The position numbers were made by a program, and so were the translations under genes. 64,000 bases of DNA, from positions 1,426,001-1,490,000 of the forward strand of contig CM074821.1 in the NCBI GenBank assembly GCA_037447605.1, in the 5' to 3' direction. Source of the stretch: Zygnema circumcarinatum SAG 698-1b. Taxonomy: Eukaryota > Plantae > Zygnematophyceae. Under the pieces are notes generated by a model that made no database searches, was not told the origin of the DNA, and saw only the letters and a list, made by a program, of their open reading frames with translations. Shown here piece after piece: positions 43,891-55,081 of this stretch (its first letter is position 1; each line of letters begins with the position of its first letter).

Positions 43891-44780
43891 GGCGCGGGTC
43901 TGCAGACCGGCGAGGGGGAGGGAGAGGGAGAGGGAGAGGGAGAGGGAGAGGGANNNNNNNNNNGGGGAGAGTGGGAGAGGGAGAGAGGGGGAGAGAAGGA
44001 AGGGTAGGATTGTGGGAGGGAGGGAGGGATGGAGGGGGGTGGAGGAAGAGAGGTGGGGTAGAGCAAGTGGCAGGGGGAGTTGGGAGAGGGAGGGAGATGG
44101 TTTTTCAAGAGAGAGAGTGTAAGGTCTGGGAGGAGAAAGTAAACGAGCTTGAGGGAAGTGGGGAACGAGAAAATGATGCCCACGAATACAGTGCAGGATC
44201 ATGAAGGATAGAGACGATTGTTTTTTTTTCACAAAGCATACCCTGTCCACTTGCTGAGAAGAGCGAGCTGTCGCGCCCCGAGGGACTTAGTGATGGACGT
44301 GGGAAGGGAGGAGGGCGACTGCACCGTTCTGCGCTGGCAGAGAGACAGAGATAGACAAAGAGACAGAGAGACAGAGAGACAGAGAGACAGAGAGACAGAG
44401 AGACAGAGAGACAGAGAGACAGAGAGACAGAGAGACAGTGACAGGTAGAGGGGGAGCGCCCATGGCACCCTCCACCGCCCTGCCCCTGCCGGTGGTGTTG
44501 CCTGCTAAAGGGTCCGTAAAATGGTAAAAAGGGTAAAAAGGGGTAAAGGGGGGATGCATTTTGCCTTAGGAAAAACATAAACCACGGGTTGATGATGTAG
44601 ATATACGAAGCTGTTGGCAGTAAAGGTGACATTAAGCAAAAGAATAATGTGAAAAAGAAATGTTTATTGGATCAATGCCACATCCCTGTCCTCGGTTATT
44701 GAATAGTTATAGAATGATAACGAGACACAGGAGTGACGTGACTCCTCTGACTACCTCCTTTGGACAGCAGAAAGAAAAGC

Positions 44781-46196
44781 TCATGTTGAGCAAGAACCTT
44801 CTCTGATAAGTGACCTAAATTGAAGAACATTTTTGTAAATTAACCTCACGTTCAGTGAAGCGAGCCTCCTCTTCTTTTCTAAGACTTCAGCCATACTCAA
44901 CCTTCTTATCCGCTCAATAGTGTCAGCTTCAGTCTCATCTTCCTCCTGCAGATAGACATCATCCTCCTGAAAGAAATTGTAAGTCTTGAGGAACTTCTCA
45001 TCCGCTATAATGGGAACACCGGAGATGAGTGAAGCGGCTGCTATGGAGGAAGAGATGTTGAGGTAATAAGCTTCCAAACGGAAGACCGGCAGCAAAGCTG
45101 CATTGTGATGCATCTTTCCATAAAACTCCTTGTAATCAAGCCCGTCGAAAAACCTCAACTTCTTACCAACAAGTTTCGGAAGGGTCGTGTTCGGCTCACT
45201 GACCCCCAATAAGTTGAGATGGAAAGTCTGCCACTCGTTCGGACGCTTTCTCAGCTTCTCACTCAGCCCTTCAAGTACACGCGTGTAATTTCGGCGGTGA
45301 GATTCCACCTTTCCCTGAATGGCGAAGTCGCTAAAACAAGATGTTCCATCCGGAAAGGCGGCGGGAAAGATCTCCGACATGTCTCGAGGGCAGGGGAACA
45401 TGGGCTCATATATAAAGGTGGCAGCAGCATGCAGGTTTGGAACATCGGCGAAATGCGGAGAGATTTGCACCAGATCCGGAATGATATTTGTTTGCACGAA
45501 AGATGCTACATGAGGGGCCAAACTGATGAAAGTCAGCGCTTTAGCCTCAGCAAAAGGCAGAAGCGCTTCGGTGTTGTTTAAGATAAGCTCAGGATGATGG
45601 TTGATGCAGATCAGTCTCAGATTAGGGTTGAGCGTCCGCATCTTCGTCACAGTCTCGCCGATATTCGCCATATCAGTGCCACAGGTAGCCAGAAACAGCA
45701 CGTCAGGAATATTATTCCCGGCGGAGACCTCATCTTCAAAGCTGGCGATGGGTCGAATCTTGAACCTTTTGGGCCGATCGATCTTCTCCACAAACTGCTT
45801 CGCCCCGTGCTTCCTCCAGTAGTTGTACGCCGTCAGATCCAAATCCGGAACCAATCGGAGCGTGTACACGAGCCAGAACACGACCTCGTTGTGCCACGAA
45901 ACGCTGTTGACCACCATCACTTTCAGCCTCGCCTCCCTCTCCCTCCCCGCCCGCGGGCCCGCCAACCCCTGCTCCGCCAGCAGGCGGTGCAGCTGCGCCG
46001 CCAGCCTCCCCTCCCTCTTGTACCCTGCCGGCCATTGGCCGGACGGCGGCCCGTCCCGCGTGCGCAGGAAGCTGTACTCGTGGGCCGCGTTGCCAGCAAA
46101 GAAGAGAAGCATCGCGACTGCCAGAAGCATGGTGGTCAGCCGCCATGGATGCCGAGTCACCTCGCTTTTCTCCTTCGTCAATATCCAAGTCGCCAT
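44781..46196 (-). CDS. Intronless type II membrane protein, putative GT-B-fold glycosyltransferase (471 aa)
   Basis: Long clean ORF with N-terminal hydrophobic segment (MLLAVAMLLFFAG); motifs WHNEV, FAIQGKVESHRRNY, LNLLG, YKEFY...ALLPVF...Y...SSSIAAASLISGVPIIA. Family assignment is from recall only. Confidence 0.8.
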   Translation of the reverse strand: MATWILTKEKSEVTRHPWRLTTMLLAVAMLLFFAGNAAHEYSFLRTRDGPPSGQWPAGYKREGRLAAQLHRLLAEQGLAGPRAGREREARLKVMVVNSVSWHNEVVFWLVYTLRLVPDLDLTAYNYWRKHGAKQFVEKIDRPKRFKIRPIASFEDEVSAGNNIPDVLFLATCGTDMANIGETVTKMRTLNPNLRLICINHHPELILNNTEALLPFAEAKALTFISLAPHVASFVQTNIIPDLVQISPHFADVPNLHAAATFIYEPMFPCPRDMSEIFPAAFPDGTSCFSDFAIQGKVESHRRNYTRVLEGLSEKLRKRPNEWQTFHLNLLGVSEPNTTLPKLVGKKLRFFDGLDYKEFYGKMHHNAALLPVFRLEAYYLNISSSIAAASLISGVPIIADEKFLKTYNFFQEDDVYLQEEDETEADTIERIRRLSMAEVLEKKRRLASLNVRLIYKNVLQFRSLIREGSCST

Positions 46197-47367
46197 GCTG
46201 CAAGCCCACCTCCCTCTCCCCCTCTTTCCTCCCTCCCTCCCTCCCTGCCTCCCTCCCTCCCTCCCTCCCTNNNNNNNNNNTCCTCCCTTCCTTCCCTTCT
46301 TCCTTCCCTCCGCTCCCTCCTCCCTCCCTCCCTAGCTCCCACTCTCTTTCCCTCTCCCTCTCCCTCCCTCTCTCTCTCTTTCCCTCTCCCTCTCTCTCCT
46401 TTCCCCCCTCCCTGTCTATACCTCTCTCCCTTTCCCCCTCCCTGTCACTCCCCCCTCTCTCTCTCTCTCTCTCTTCCTCTCTCCCTCTCTCACTCCCTCC
46501 CTGGCTGTCTCTCCCTCACTCCCTCTCTCCCTCCCAGTTTTTTCCAGTCTCTACCTCCACTCCTTCCTGTCTCTCCGTTTCTCCCTCCCCTTCTTCCCTC
46601 CCGCTTCCCCCCCCTTCCCCCTCCCTACCTCCCCCACTCCCCCTCTCTGCCGTCCCCACCTGTACGGTGGATCCGTGCGGATCTCGCTCCCCTCGCCTCC
46701 AAGTGTACGGACTGGACGGCACTACAGTACAGTACTGTACAGTACAGTACTGTACTGTTATCCGTACACCGTGACTCGAGCATCATGTCGTCTGTCAGGG
46801 AATAATGGAATGGCCATGACCTCGCGCGCATGGCGTGGCGAGGAGCATGGCCATGGGCATGGCCAACATCGGCATGGGGAACCACGAGGAACTAGCTGGG
46901 CGCAAAGGACCTAAGCACAAAGGAAAAAAGCTTGGAGCGGAAAGTTTCTCACTTTGGCTGTTAAAAAAAAAATAAGGAGATTGGCGGAGTCGTGGCCGGC
47001 CAGGATTGGGTCTCCTTGCCTCGCGACGAACAATAAAAGGGGAAAAAAAAAAGAAAGAAGGCTGCCCGGATTTTCTTGGGAAAAGTCTTTGAAGTCTTCG
47101 ACAACTCTGTGAAATGTTTTTCGCTGCCCGGTCCGCCGTGGAGGCCTTGTACGGTAAGAAAAGGCCATCTCGAAATTTGTCCTTATTTGATGATGCGGAC
47201 TTGCTAAGTCACGATAGTCGGACCAACCAGCGTCTGACACTTGTCCCAAACAGAGACGTAGATTTGCCAAAATTTTGTCGCGCCCGGGGCGGGTATTTTG
47301 TCCGGTACGGGGGGGGGGGGTCGCCTTCTGAAAATACCGCATTCAGACTGGACCTGTATATTTTTTT

Positions 47368-48300
47368 GGGTAGTGATATTTCCACCCCTTTTTTGGATCC
47401 AAACACCCCTTCCCGGCCGGGCAGATTTAAAAAAGGATTAAAAACGGAAAATGCTTTTTTCACACCTTTTTGGAATCGATACCACCCTCCATCGGCAGAT
47501 TTTATTTTTGCGAAACAAGGAAAATGATAACCCGTCACCCAATTTGAATATCCAGGCTATCTGAATTTTTTTTCACGCGTGCGGTCAATCGCAGCCGTCG
47601 ATTCCCTCACAGATCGCAAGACGGCAGATCACTATTTGATCGGCAGCCGGGCTCGGTCACAGTGCATGGCAAGTGCCCACGTATCCCGCCAAAGTCGTCT
47701 CAAAAATTTGTCCGTACAAGTGTCATACGGTCGCAACTTGAGGAACCCAAAATTTCGTACATTGAGATCTTAGACCACTCAAAATTTTCCACGTCAAAAA
47801 TGTAACACGTGGCAGATGTTGATTGGCTGGGAGCTAACAATGACGAGATCTCGGGCCGAGGGACGCGCGCACTCGCACGTGCGATTTGGCTTTGACGGGA
47901 CTCGTGGGCGCTTTCCATTCGCTAAAATCGAGCCCGGCGGCGATCTGCAGTGGTGCGATCTGCGAGGGAATCGACAGCTGCGATTGACACACACGTGTGA
48001 AGAACGGACACCCGCGAACGATCTCGTGGCGGACGGATCTTCCGCTCCGACCGGATTCGGGCAGGCAGATATTTCTTTCCCTCGAAAAAAAATTCAGGGA
48101 GGCGGGATACAGTATTCAAAATGCGGTGACGGGGTATCATTTTCCTTGGTTAGCAGAATTAAAATCAGCCGACGGAAGAAGGTGGGTATCGATTCCAAAA
48201 AGGTGTGAAAAAAGCATTTTCCGTATTTAATCCCTTTTGAAATCTGCCCGGCCGGGAAGGGGTGTTTGGATCCAAAAAAGGGGTGGAAATATCACTACCC
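47368..48300. mobile_element. Foldback/MULE-like non-autonomous element; imperfect ~930-bp palindrome with inner GGAAAATGATA termini at 47519-48145
   Basis: 47368-47560 is the reverse complement of ~48110-48300. Flanked by a direct repeat (~47055-47365 and ~48410-48680). No TSD found. Confidence 0.7.
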
Positions 48301-48910
48301 GTGGAAATAACACTAGCCAAAAAAAAGGGGCGTTTTTGGAGATTGGTTGTGACATGGCCGGCCAGTTGAGGCTCCGTGTCTCGTGGGAAACAATGGGGGA
48401 TAAAAATAGAAAAGGCTGCCCGAAATTTCTGGGGAAAAGTCTTTGCGTGACAGCGCTGTAAAATGTTTTTCACTGCCCGGTCAACCGTGGAGGCCCTGTA
48501 CGGTACGAAAAGGCCAGCTCAAAATTTGTCACAACGGCGGAGCAACCAGCGGCTGACACTTGTCATAAACTGGAACCGAGATTCTGCTGAGATTTTGTCG
48601 CGCCCGGGGCGGGTGTTTCACCCGGTACGGGGGGGTTGGCCCTCAGAGCATACCGCACTCATACTGACCTATATAATTTTTTTGAATAAAAAGGAAGAAA
48701 AAAAATGACCTGCACGCGGCGTTGGACTTTTTTGTCAAAGGCCGCCTGTGTACAGTGCTCATACGGATTATAGTACCAACTGACACAGAGACAGTTGGCA
48801 GAGAAAAGCACGGGCGGCAGCTGTCCACATCCTCAGGGCCAAATTCTCGGACCAAGCGCGTAAATAGAAAAAAGAAAATAGGAAAAAAATAAAGGGTGGC
48901 GATAAATCTA

Positions 48911-49045
48911 CCCCGTTTTTGGATCGAAACACCCCGTTTTTGGATCGAAACATCCCGTTTTTGGATCGAAACACCCCGTTTTTGGATCGAAACACCCCGT
49001 TTTTGAATCGAAACACCCCGTTTTTGGATCGAAACACCCCTTTTT
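48911..49045 (+). repeat. 21-bp tandem repeat CCCCGTTTTTGGATCGAAACA, 6 copies plus partial
   Basis: Read directly; related to CCCCTTTTTTGGATCCAAACA in the neighbouring element arms. Confidence 0.9.
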
Positions 49046-49051
49046 ATCGTC

Positions 49052-50066
49052 GGAAAATGATAATGCCCCCCCCCCAAAAGTGCTGATTTTGGATATCCCG
49101 CCTCCCTCATTATTTTTTTTTTTTGGAGAAAAAAATATCGGCCTGCCCGAATCCGCTCGGAGCGGAAGGTCCGTCCGTCCGAGATCGTTAGCGGGTGTGC
49201 GTCCTTCTCCTTCACAGGTGCGTTCAATCTCCGCCGTCGATTCTCGCACAAGATCGCACCGCGGCAGATCATGGTTAGACCTGCCGCCGAGCTCAGTCCC
49301 AGCGATGGCACGTGCCCACGTGTCGCACCAAAGCCATCTCGCACGTGCGAGGGCGCGCGTCGTTCGGCCCGAGATCTCCGCAAAATTATGAGCTGGACAG
49401 CCTGGACCAGCCAGCCTGCCGCGGATCGCCATTGATAACTGACAGCCAATCACCATCTGCCACGTATAATTTTCGTGCCGAATTGTGATTAACTCACTGT
49501 ACAATATTTCGCCTTTCCTAGAAGCTGTACATTTGTACGGACACACTTTGCGCTGGCTTTGGTGGGACACGTGGGCGCGTGCCATTCGCTGGGTCCGAGG
49601 CCGAATTAAGAAGTCCAGATCCGCGGTTGACCCCCCCCGTTGATTTCCGCTGGCCGGCCAGGCTGGCCGACGCGTTGGCCGCCCAAGTGGCGGTCGCATT
49701 GCAGGCCGCGCGCCACTGGGCGTACGTATTCGTACGCTGCGGTGGGATGCTGTACGGTATCGTACGACCAAAGTACAGTGCGCGTACGGCGAGGCGCGAC
49801 AGGTCCCTGCCTTGCACGCGCGTGGCACTTTGTCGTATCCGCGGGGGCGCCACGCCGCGGACGGACGCAACGAACGGTTGCCCGTGGTGCGATCTTCGAG
49901 AGAATCGACGGCGGAGATTGGGCGGACGTGTGAAGGGCGCACTCGCGACAGATCTCGTGGCGGACGGATCTTCTGCTCCGAGCTGATTCGGGCAGGCCCT
50001 GACATGTTTTTGTCGCTCAAAAAACAACAGTGGGCAGGGTATCCAAAATGGGTGGGGTTATCATTC
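49052..50066. mobile_element. MULE-like non-autonomous element with ~250-bp imperfect TIRs starting GGAAAATGATA
   Basis: GCCTGCCCGAATCCGCTCGGAGCGGAAG...CCGCCGTCGATTCTC arm is mirrored at ~49890-50066; right terminus degenerate; no TSD found. Confidence 0.6.
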
Positions 50067-51183
50067 TATAAGTAGGAAGGTTACATTTAGAAAAGTCGAT
50101 TTCGACCGGAAATGACAACTGCAAACAAAAAGGAAAATGCTATTTATAGACCTTTTGTGTCTAGATACACACCTCTTTACCGGTTAAATTATATTTTAGG
50201 GTTTTCAGGGTACTTGGGGGAAGGAGGGGGGGGTGGGGGGGTAAATAAAGGTCTGTATCTTGTGAAAAAAGGTGTGCAAATTGCAGTTCCCAAACAAATT
50301 AGGCCAAATCGTTTTTACAAAGATATTCCAATTGAACGAGTTGAACCCTTCAAATCTTTATTTTTTTAAGGGTCCAACCTTTAGGTTGTCGCGTCCGGAC
50401 AAATTTTTTTCCTTAAAACCGAGAATATTTTTCTCCAGTAAGAATTTCCGAATTGTTGCCAGCCTGGCGCCCGCTTTGGGCGGGCCGGCTACCATTAATG
50501 TTTTTGTCCGCAAGTAGCGCCGTATACAGTTGTAGGGACAAAATTAGCATCAATGACAAGCCGCTCGCGTGGCGGCGGCCGCGGGGCAAGGGTCCACATC
50601 AAACGGTTCTCAAAAAACGCGCCACGTCGGATGCGTAGGGTCTAGGGTTTTTAAAGTTTTTAGGGTTTTCAGGGTTTTTTTTTAGTTTTTGTAGGGTTAA
50701 AAGAGTTGTTAGGGTTTTTGAGTTTTTAGAGGGTTTAGGGTTTTCAAGGTTTTAGGGTTTTTCGGGCATTTAGGTTTTTTAGGGTTTTAGGGTTGCCTCC
50801 AAGCGAGTTTTAGTTTTAGATTTCAGAAATGAAAAATGATAACCCCTCCCCCCTTTCTGAATATCTCGTTCTTGATATTTTTTGAGAGACAAATACGTTA
50901 CGGCCTGCCCGAATCCGCTCGGAGCGGAAAGATCCGCCCGATTCGCACATGCGAGTGCGCTCGTTCACTCACACGTGCTGTGAATCTCAGCTGAGATTCA
51001 CTCGCAGATCGCATCACGGCAACCGTTCGATCTGCAGCCGGGCTCTGTCCCAGCGAATGGCACGCGCCCACGTGTTCCGGTATAACTGTCAAATAGTAAA
51101 TTCGCGGACGACACGCGGCGGCGCCTGGACGCGTACGGATGAAGGTACAGTAACCGAATCGTGTCCGAACAAGGAAAATTCTA

Positions 51184-52052
51184 GGAAAATGATACAGTCG
51201 CCCCACTTTTTGGATATCCGCGCCCCCTTTCGGGAAAATTTGTACTTTCATTTTGGCTAATTACGCCGCCCCTTGGATCTTTCGGGAGGAGAGATCTTCA
51301 CAGTTCGGGCCAGTGGATCGGCAACCATTGGACAACCATTGGATGGCAATGGTTGGACGCCTACTGGTTGGCAACCAGTCGACTGGTTGCCAACCAGTGG
51401 CATCCACTGGTTCCAAACCAGTCGAATGGTTGTCAACCAGTGGCATCCACTGGTTGGCAACCAGTCGAATGGTTGTTTCGGTCCGCAACCACTGGTTGCC
51501 AACCAGTCGACTGGTTTGTCTAATGGTCCGATCTGTGGAGATCTTCTCCCCTCTCCTCCCCTGGCCTCCCCTCCTCTCCCCGGCCTTCCCCTGCCCTCCT
51601 CTTCTCTCCTCTTCTCGGTTGCAATGTCCACAGAAATGCTACCAACTGAATATGAGACCCGCAATTTTTCAAGCGGTTGGAGGTATGCCTTTTCATGCTG
51701 CTCTCTTCTTGACCTTTATCCATGTAGGTTCCCCCGCTAGAGCATTGCAGGTAGAATCGGCGACTATCGCCATGTGGACCGATCTTGATGTGAAATCCTT
51801 CATACTTGTAGTGCTCGGTCATGACTTGTATAAGCTCATCGCGGGTCTCATACTCAGTTGGTAGCATTTCTGTGGACATTGCAACCGAGAAAAGGAGAGA
51901 AGAGGAGGGTAGGGGAAGGGCGGGGCGGGGTGGGGAGAAGATCTCACCTTCCGAAAGATCCAAGGGGGGGCGTGATTAGCCAAAATGAAAGTACAAATTT
52001 TCCCGAAAGGGGGCGCGGATATCCAAAAAGTGGGGTGGCTGTATCACTTTCC
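51184..52052 (-). mobile_element. Mutator-like (MULE) deletion derivative, 8-bp TSD AAATTCTA, with a transposase N-terminal (FAR1/WRKY-like) fragment at 51879-~51665
   Basis: TIR GGAAA(A/G)TGATACAG...GGATATCCGCGCCCCCTTTCGGGAAAATTTGTAC; TSD at 51176-51183 and 52053-52060; peptide YETRDELIQVMTEHYKYEGFHIKI...FYLQCSSGGTY...KRHTSNRLKNC. Confidence 0.8.
51299..51537. mobile_element. 239-bp MITE (hAT-like 8-bp TSD GAGATCTT) inserted in the left TIR of the MULE; interior is an array of 17-bp palindromes
   Basis: TIR CACAG(T/A)TCGG(G/A)CC; TSD at 51291-51298 and 51538-51545; absent from the partner TIR. Confidence 0.7.
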
Positions 52053-53282
52053 AAATTCTATTCTCACACCTTTTTTTGTCTACAGTAGGGGGAGTCAGAC
52101 CTTGACCATCGCCAAATCAATTTCGCCAGCCCTTCGCGCCAATTCTGCTCTGTACGGCAGGCCTTTTTCGCCAAAAGTGGGCGTTCGACAGGCTCGGGCG
52201 TCACGAATTCAAGAAAGCAATTATTTTACCTTTGCATCTCCGGCCCAGGTTTGACTCCCCCCTTTTCGCCCCGCCGCGCTCCCTCCGCCGCCCGCCGCCT
52301 GCCGCCCTCCGTTTTGTCGCCACGCGCGTCACCACCGCGCGAGCGGCGTCCCACCGCGGCGCCTCGCGCCCGCCGCCTGCTCGCCTGCTCGCTCGCTGCG
52401 AGCTCAGATCTGCACGGGTTTAGGGTTTAGGGTTCCTCCCTCGCCACCGCCCGAGCCATCCTTGCAGGGGAGTGAGCAGAGCGTCGTCTCGCCTTCCCCC
52501 AGTGAACGGTGAGCGGTGAGTCGGCGACGACGGCAAAAGCGCGATCGGTTTTTAGGGACGACGGCGGACTTGAGCAGCCCCCATGCCTCCCTTGTCTCCC
52601 TTGCTGTTGCTATTGCTGCTGTTTTTTCTGCTGCTGCTGTTCTTGCTGCCGTTCGTGCTGCTGCTGGTGTTGATGTTGTTGCTGCTTTGTCTCCTGCTGT
52701 TGCTGTTGTTATAATGCTGCTGCTGCTTTTTCTGGTGCTGCTTTTTCTGCTCTTGCTTTTTCTTTCCTGTTGTTGCTATTACTGTTGCTGCTGCTGCTGC
52801 TGCTGCTGTTGATGTTGCTGTTGCTTTTTCTGCTCTTGCCTTTTCTCCTGCTGCTCTTGCTGCTATTGCTATTGCAGTGTTGCTGCTGTTACTCTTGCTG
52901 TTGTTGCTGCTATTCTTCTTTTTCTACTGCTGCTGCTGTTGCTGTTGTTTATGCTGCTGCTATTGTCGATGCCGCTGCTGCTGCTTTTTGTGGTGTTGCT
53001 TTTTCTGCTTTTGCTTTTATGCTGTTACTGCGGCAGCAATTTTTATTATTTTTTGGATGTTGCATTTGGTATTCTGCATTCTTCATTCCTCATTTCGCAA
53101 TCTGCATTCCGCATTTTTCCTCATTTTGCCTCCCTTGCCCATGCCCCAGCCTCCTTTGCCTTTGCCCCTTGCTGTGTTGCCTTTGCCTCTGTCTTCCCTT
53201 CCTTTTGCTTGTGCCTCTTATTCCTTCGCTTATGCTTTTGCTACGTGTATGAGTGTGTGTTATTCCTTCCCCTCCCCATTAA

Positions 53283-53353
53283 GTCGAAGTGGCGGATTGG
53301 TTACGCAACTGTTGCAAAACAGTAGTAAAGGGGTTCAAATCCCCTCTTCGACT
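53283..53353 (+). ncRNA. tRNA-Cys-like cloverleaf (71 nt, aberrant anticodon loop), copy 1
   Basis: GTCGAAG TG GCG GATTGGTTA CGC A ACTGT TGCAAA ACAGT AGTAA AGGGG TTCAAAT CCCCT CTTCGAC T; A-box, B-box, U73; T5 run ~25 nt downstream. Confidence 0.7.
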
Positions 53354-53775
53354 TGTAGTGTTTATTCATTCTTCTATTTTTATTATTTAAAGTTTTTGTG
53401 TTTTTGCTTCATATGCCAAGCATATGTTGTTATTTTTTCTAGTTGTTTTTATTTTATCTATCCATTCTTTATTCTATATATTATTCTATCTGCTTCTGCT
53501 ACTGCTATTGCTATAGCGGCATGCTTTTTCTTTTGCTGCTACATTTTGCATTCCGCATTCCCTAGTCGGCATTCCGCATTCCGCATTCTGCATTCCGCAT
53601 TCTGCATTCCGCATTCTGCATTTCGCAGTCTGCCTCCCTTGCCCTTGCCCTTGCCCTGCCTCCCTTGCCTTTGCCCCTTACTATGTTGCCCTTGCCTCTG
53701 TCTACCGCCTCCAGTTCCTTTGCCTATGCTTGTGTTGTGTGTATGAGTGTACGTTATTCCTCCCCTTCCAATTAA

Positions 53776-53846
53776 GTCGAAGTGGTGAATTGGTTACGCA
53801 ACTATTACAAAACAGTAATAGAAGGGTTCAAATTCCCTCTTCAACT
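53776..53846 (+). ncRNA. tRNA-Cys-like cloverleaf, degenerate copy 2
   Basis: GTCGAAGTGGTGAATTGGTTACGCAACTATTACAAAACAGTAATAGAAGGGTTCAAATTCCCTCTTCAACT. Confidence 0.55.
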
Positions 53847-55010
53847 TGTAGTGTTTATTCTATTTTTATTCATTTATAGTTTTGGTGTTTTGGCGTCATA
53901 TGTCAAATATTTGTTGTTATTTTTTTGTTGTCGTTTTTGCTTTTTGCCTTTATTTGTTTCAATTGATAAGATTGTATAAATGTTTCTGAATCTTCCTTTT
54001 AGCATACACAACTACTACTCTTTCTTTGTTCTTATAAAAACACATTAACGCAAATAATTCATACACATATATACATACACACAAACATATATAAAAATAC
54101 TTCTTGTATACAAAATAAAAACCATGTCTCATTATAAAAACTTGTGCCATTCATTCTCAATTTAGTAAATACTGGCATCACTAAGACACCCCCCCCCTGC
54201 CCTCCCTCCCTCCCTCTCTTTATGCACACACTTTTTTGAGTTCTCCTATATTCTACTTTAAGCGATTCTAAATGCAAATAATATCATGTTTTAACATTGA
54301 TGGGTTTTTACGCTGCAATAATGCGTAATCTGTGTTCTTCTTAAGAATCTTAGATTTGTAATTTCTGTTCTTCTTCTTCATCTTGGATTCGCCTTGCCTC
54401 AGTAAACTCTCATTGTTGTTTCTCCCACTCCAATTCGTTGCATCTTCACTTGAGATTCCACTTCTTGATCTTGGATTTGCCTTGCCTCAGTAAAACTCTC
54501 ATTGTTGTTTCTCCCACTCCAGTCTTTGTCGTTGCATCTTCACTTGAGATTCCACACAAGCCATTACTTTGTGTTTCATTTGTACATTCATGGGAGAAGC
54601 GTATTCAATGTTCTAAATTGCGCTAAAACAACAACCCAATTCAAAGTTCAATGACATACAATCATACACAACAAAAGCATAAGCAAAGGAAGAGGGGCAT
54701 AAGCAAAGGCAAGGAAGAGAAAGGCAAGGGCAACACAGCAAAGGGCAAAGGCAAGAGAGGCTGGAGCAAGTGCAAGGGAGGCAAAATGCGTATTGCAGAA
54801 AGCAGCATCAAAAACAAAAAAAAAAGAATGTTGCAACAGCAGCAAGAGCAACAGCCGCAACAGCAACAGCAGATAGGATAAAATATAGAATAAAGAGTAG
54901 ATAGATAGAATAAAAACAACTAAAAAAAAATAACAACAAATATTTGGCATATGAAGCAAAAACACAAAAAGTTTAAATAAATAAAAATAGAAAAGTGAAT
55001 AAACACTACA

Positions 55011-55081
55011 AGTTGAAGAGGGGATTTGAACCCCTTTATTACTGTTTTGCAACAGTTGCGTAACCAATCTGCCACTTCAAC
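55011..55081 (-). ncRNA. tRNA-Cys-like cloverleaf, copy 3
   Basis: GTTGAAG TG GCAGATTGGTTACGC A ACTGT TGCAAA ACAGT AATAA AGGGG TTCAAAT CCCCT CTTCAAC T. Confidence 0.65.

Noticed and set aside
45594-46805. 403-aa plus-strand ORF
   Set aside because: Antisense shadow of the GC-rich glycosyltransferase CDS, running into CT repeats and an N gap
48643-50020. 268- and 370-aa ORFs within the TE arms
   Set aside because: GC-rich palindromic and tandem-repeat sequence; no DDE or other transposase motifs
48911-51537. CRISPR-like appearance of the 21-bp repeat and the palindrome array
   Set aside because: No unique spacers, no cas genes, eukaryotic context
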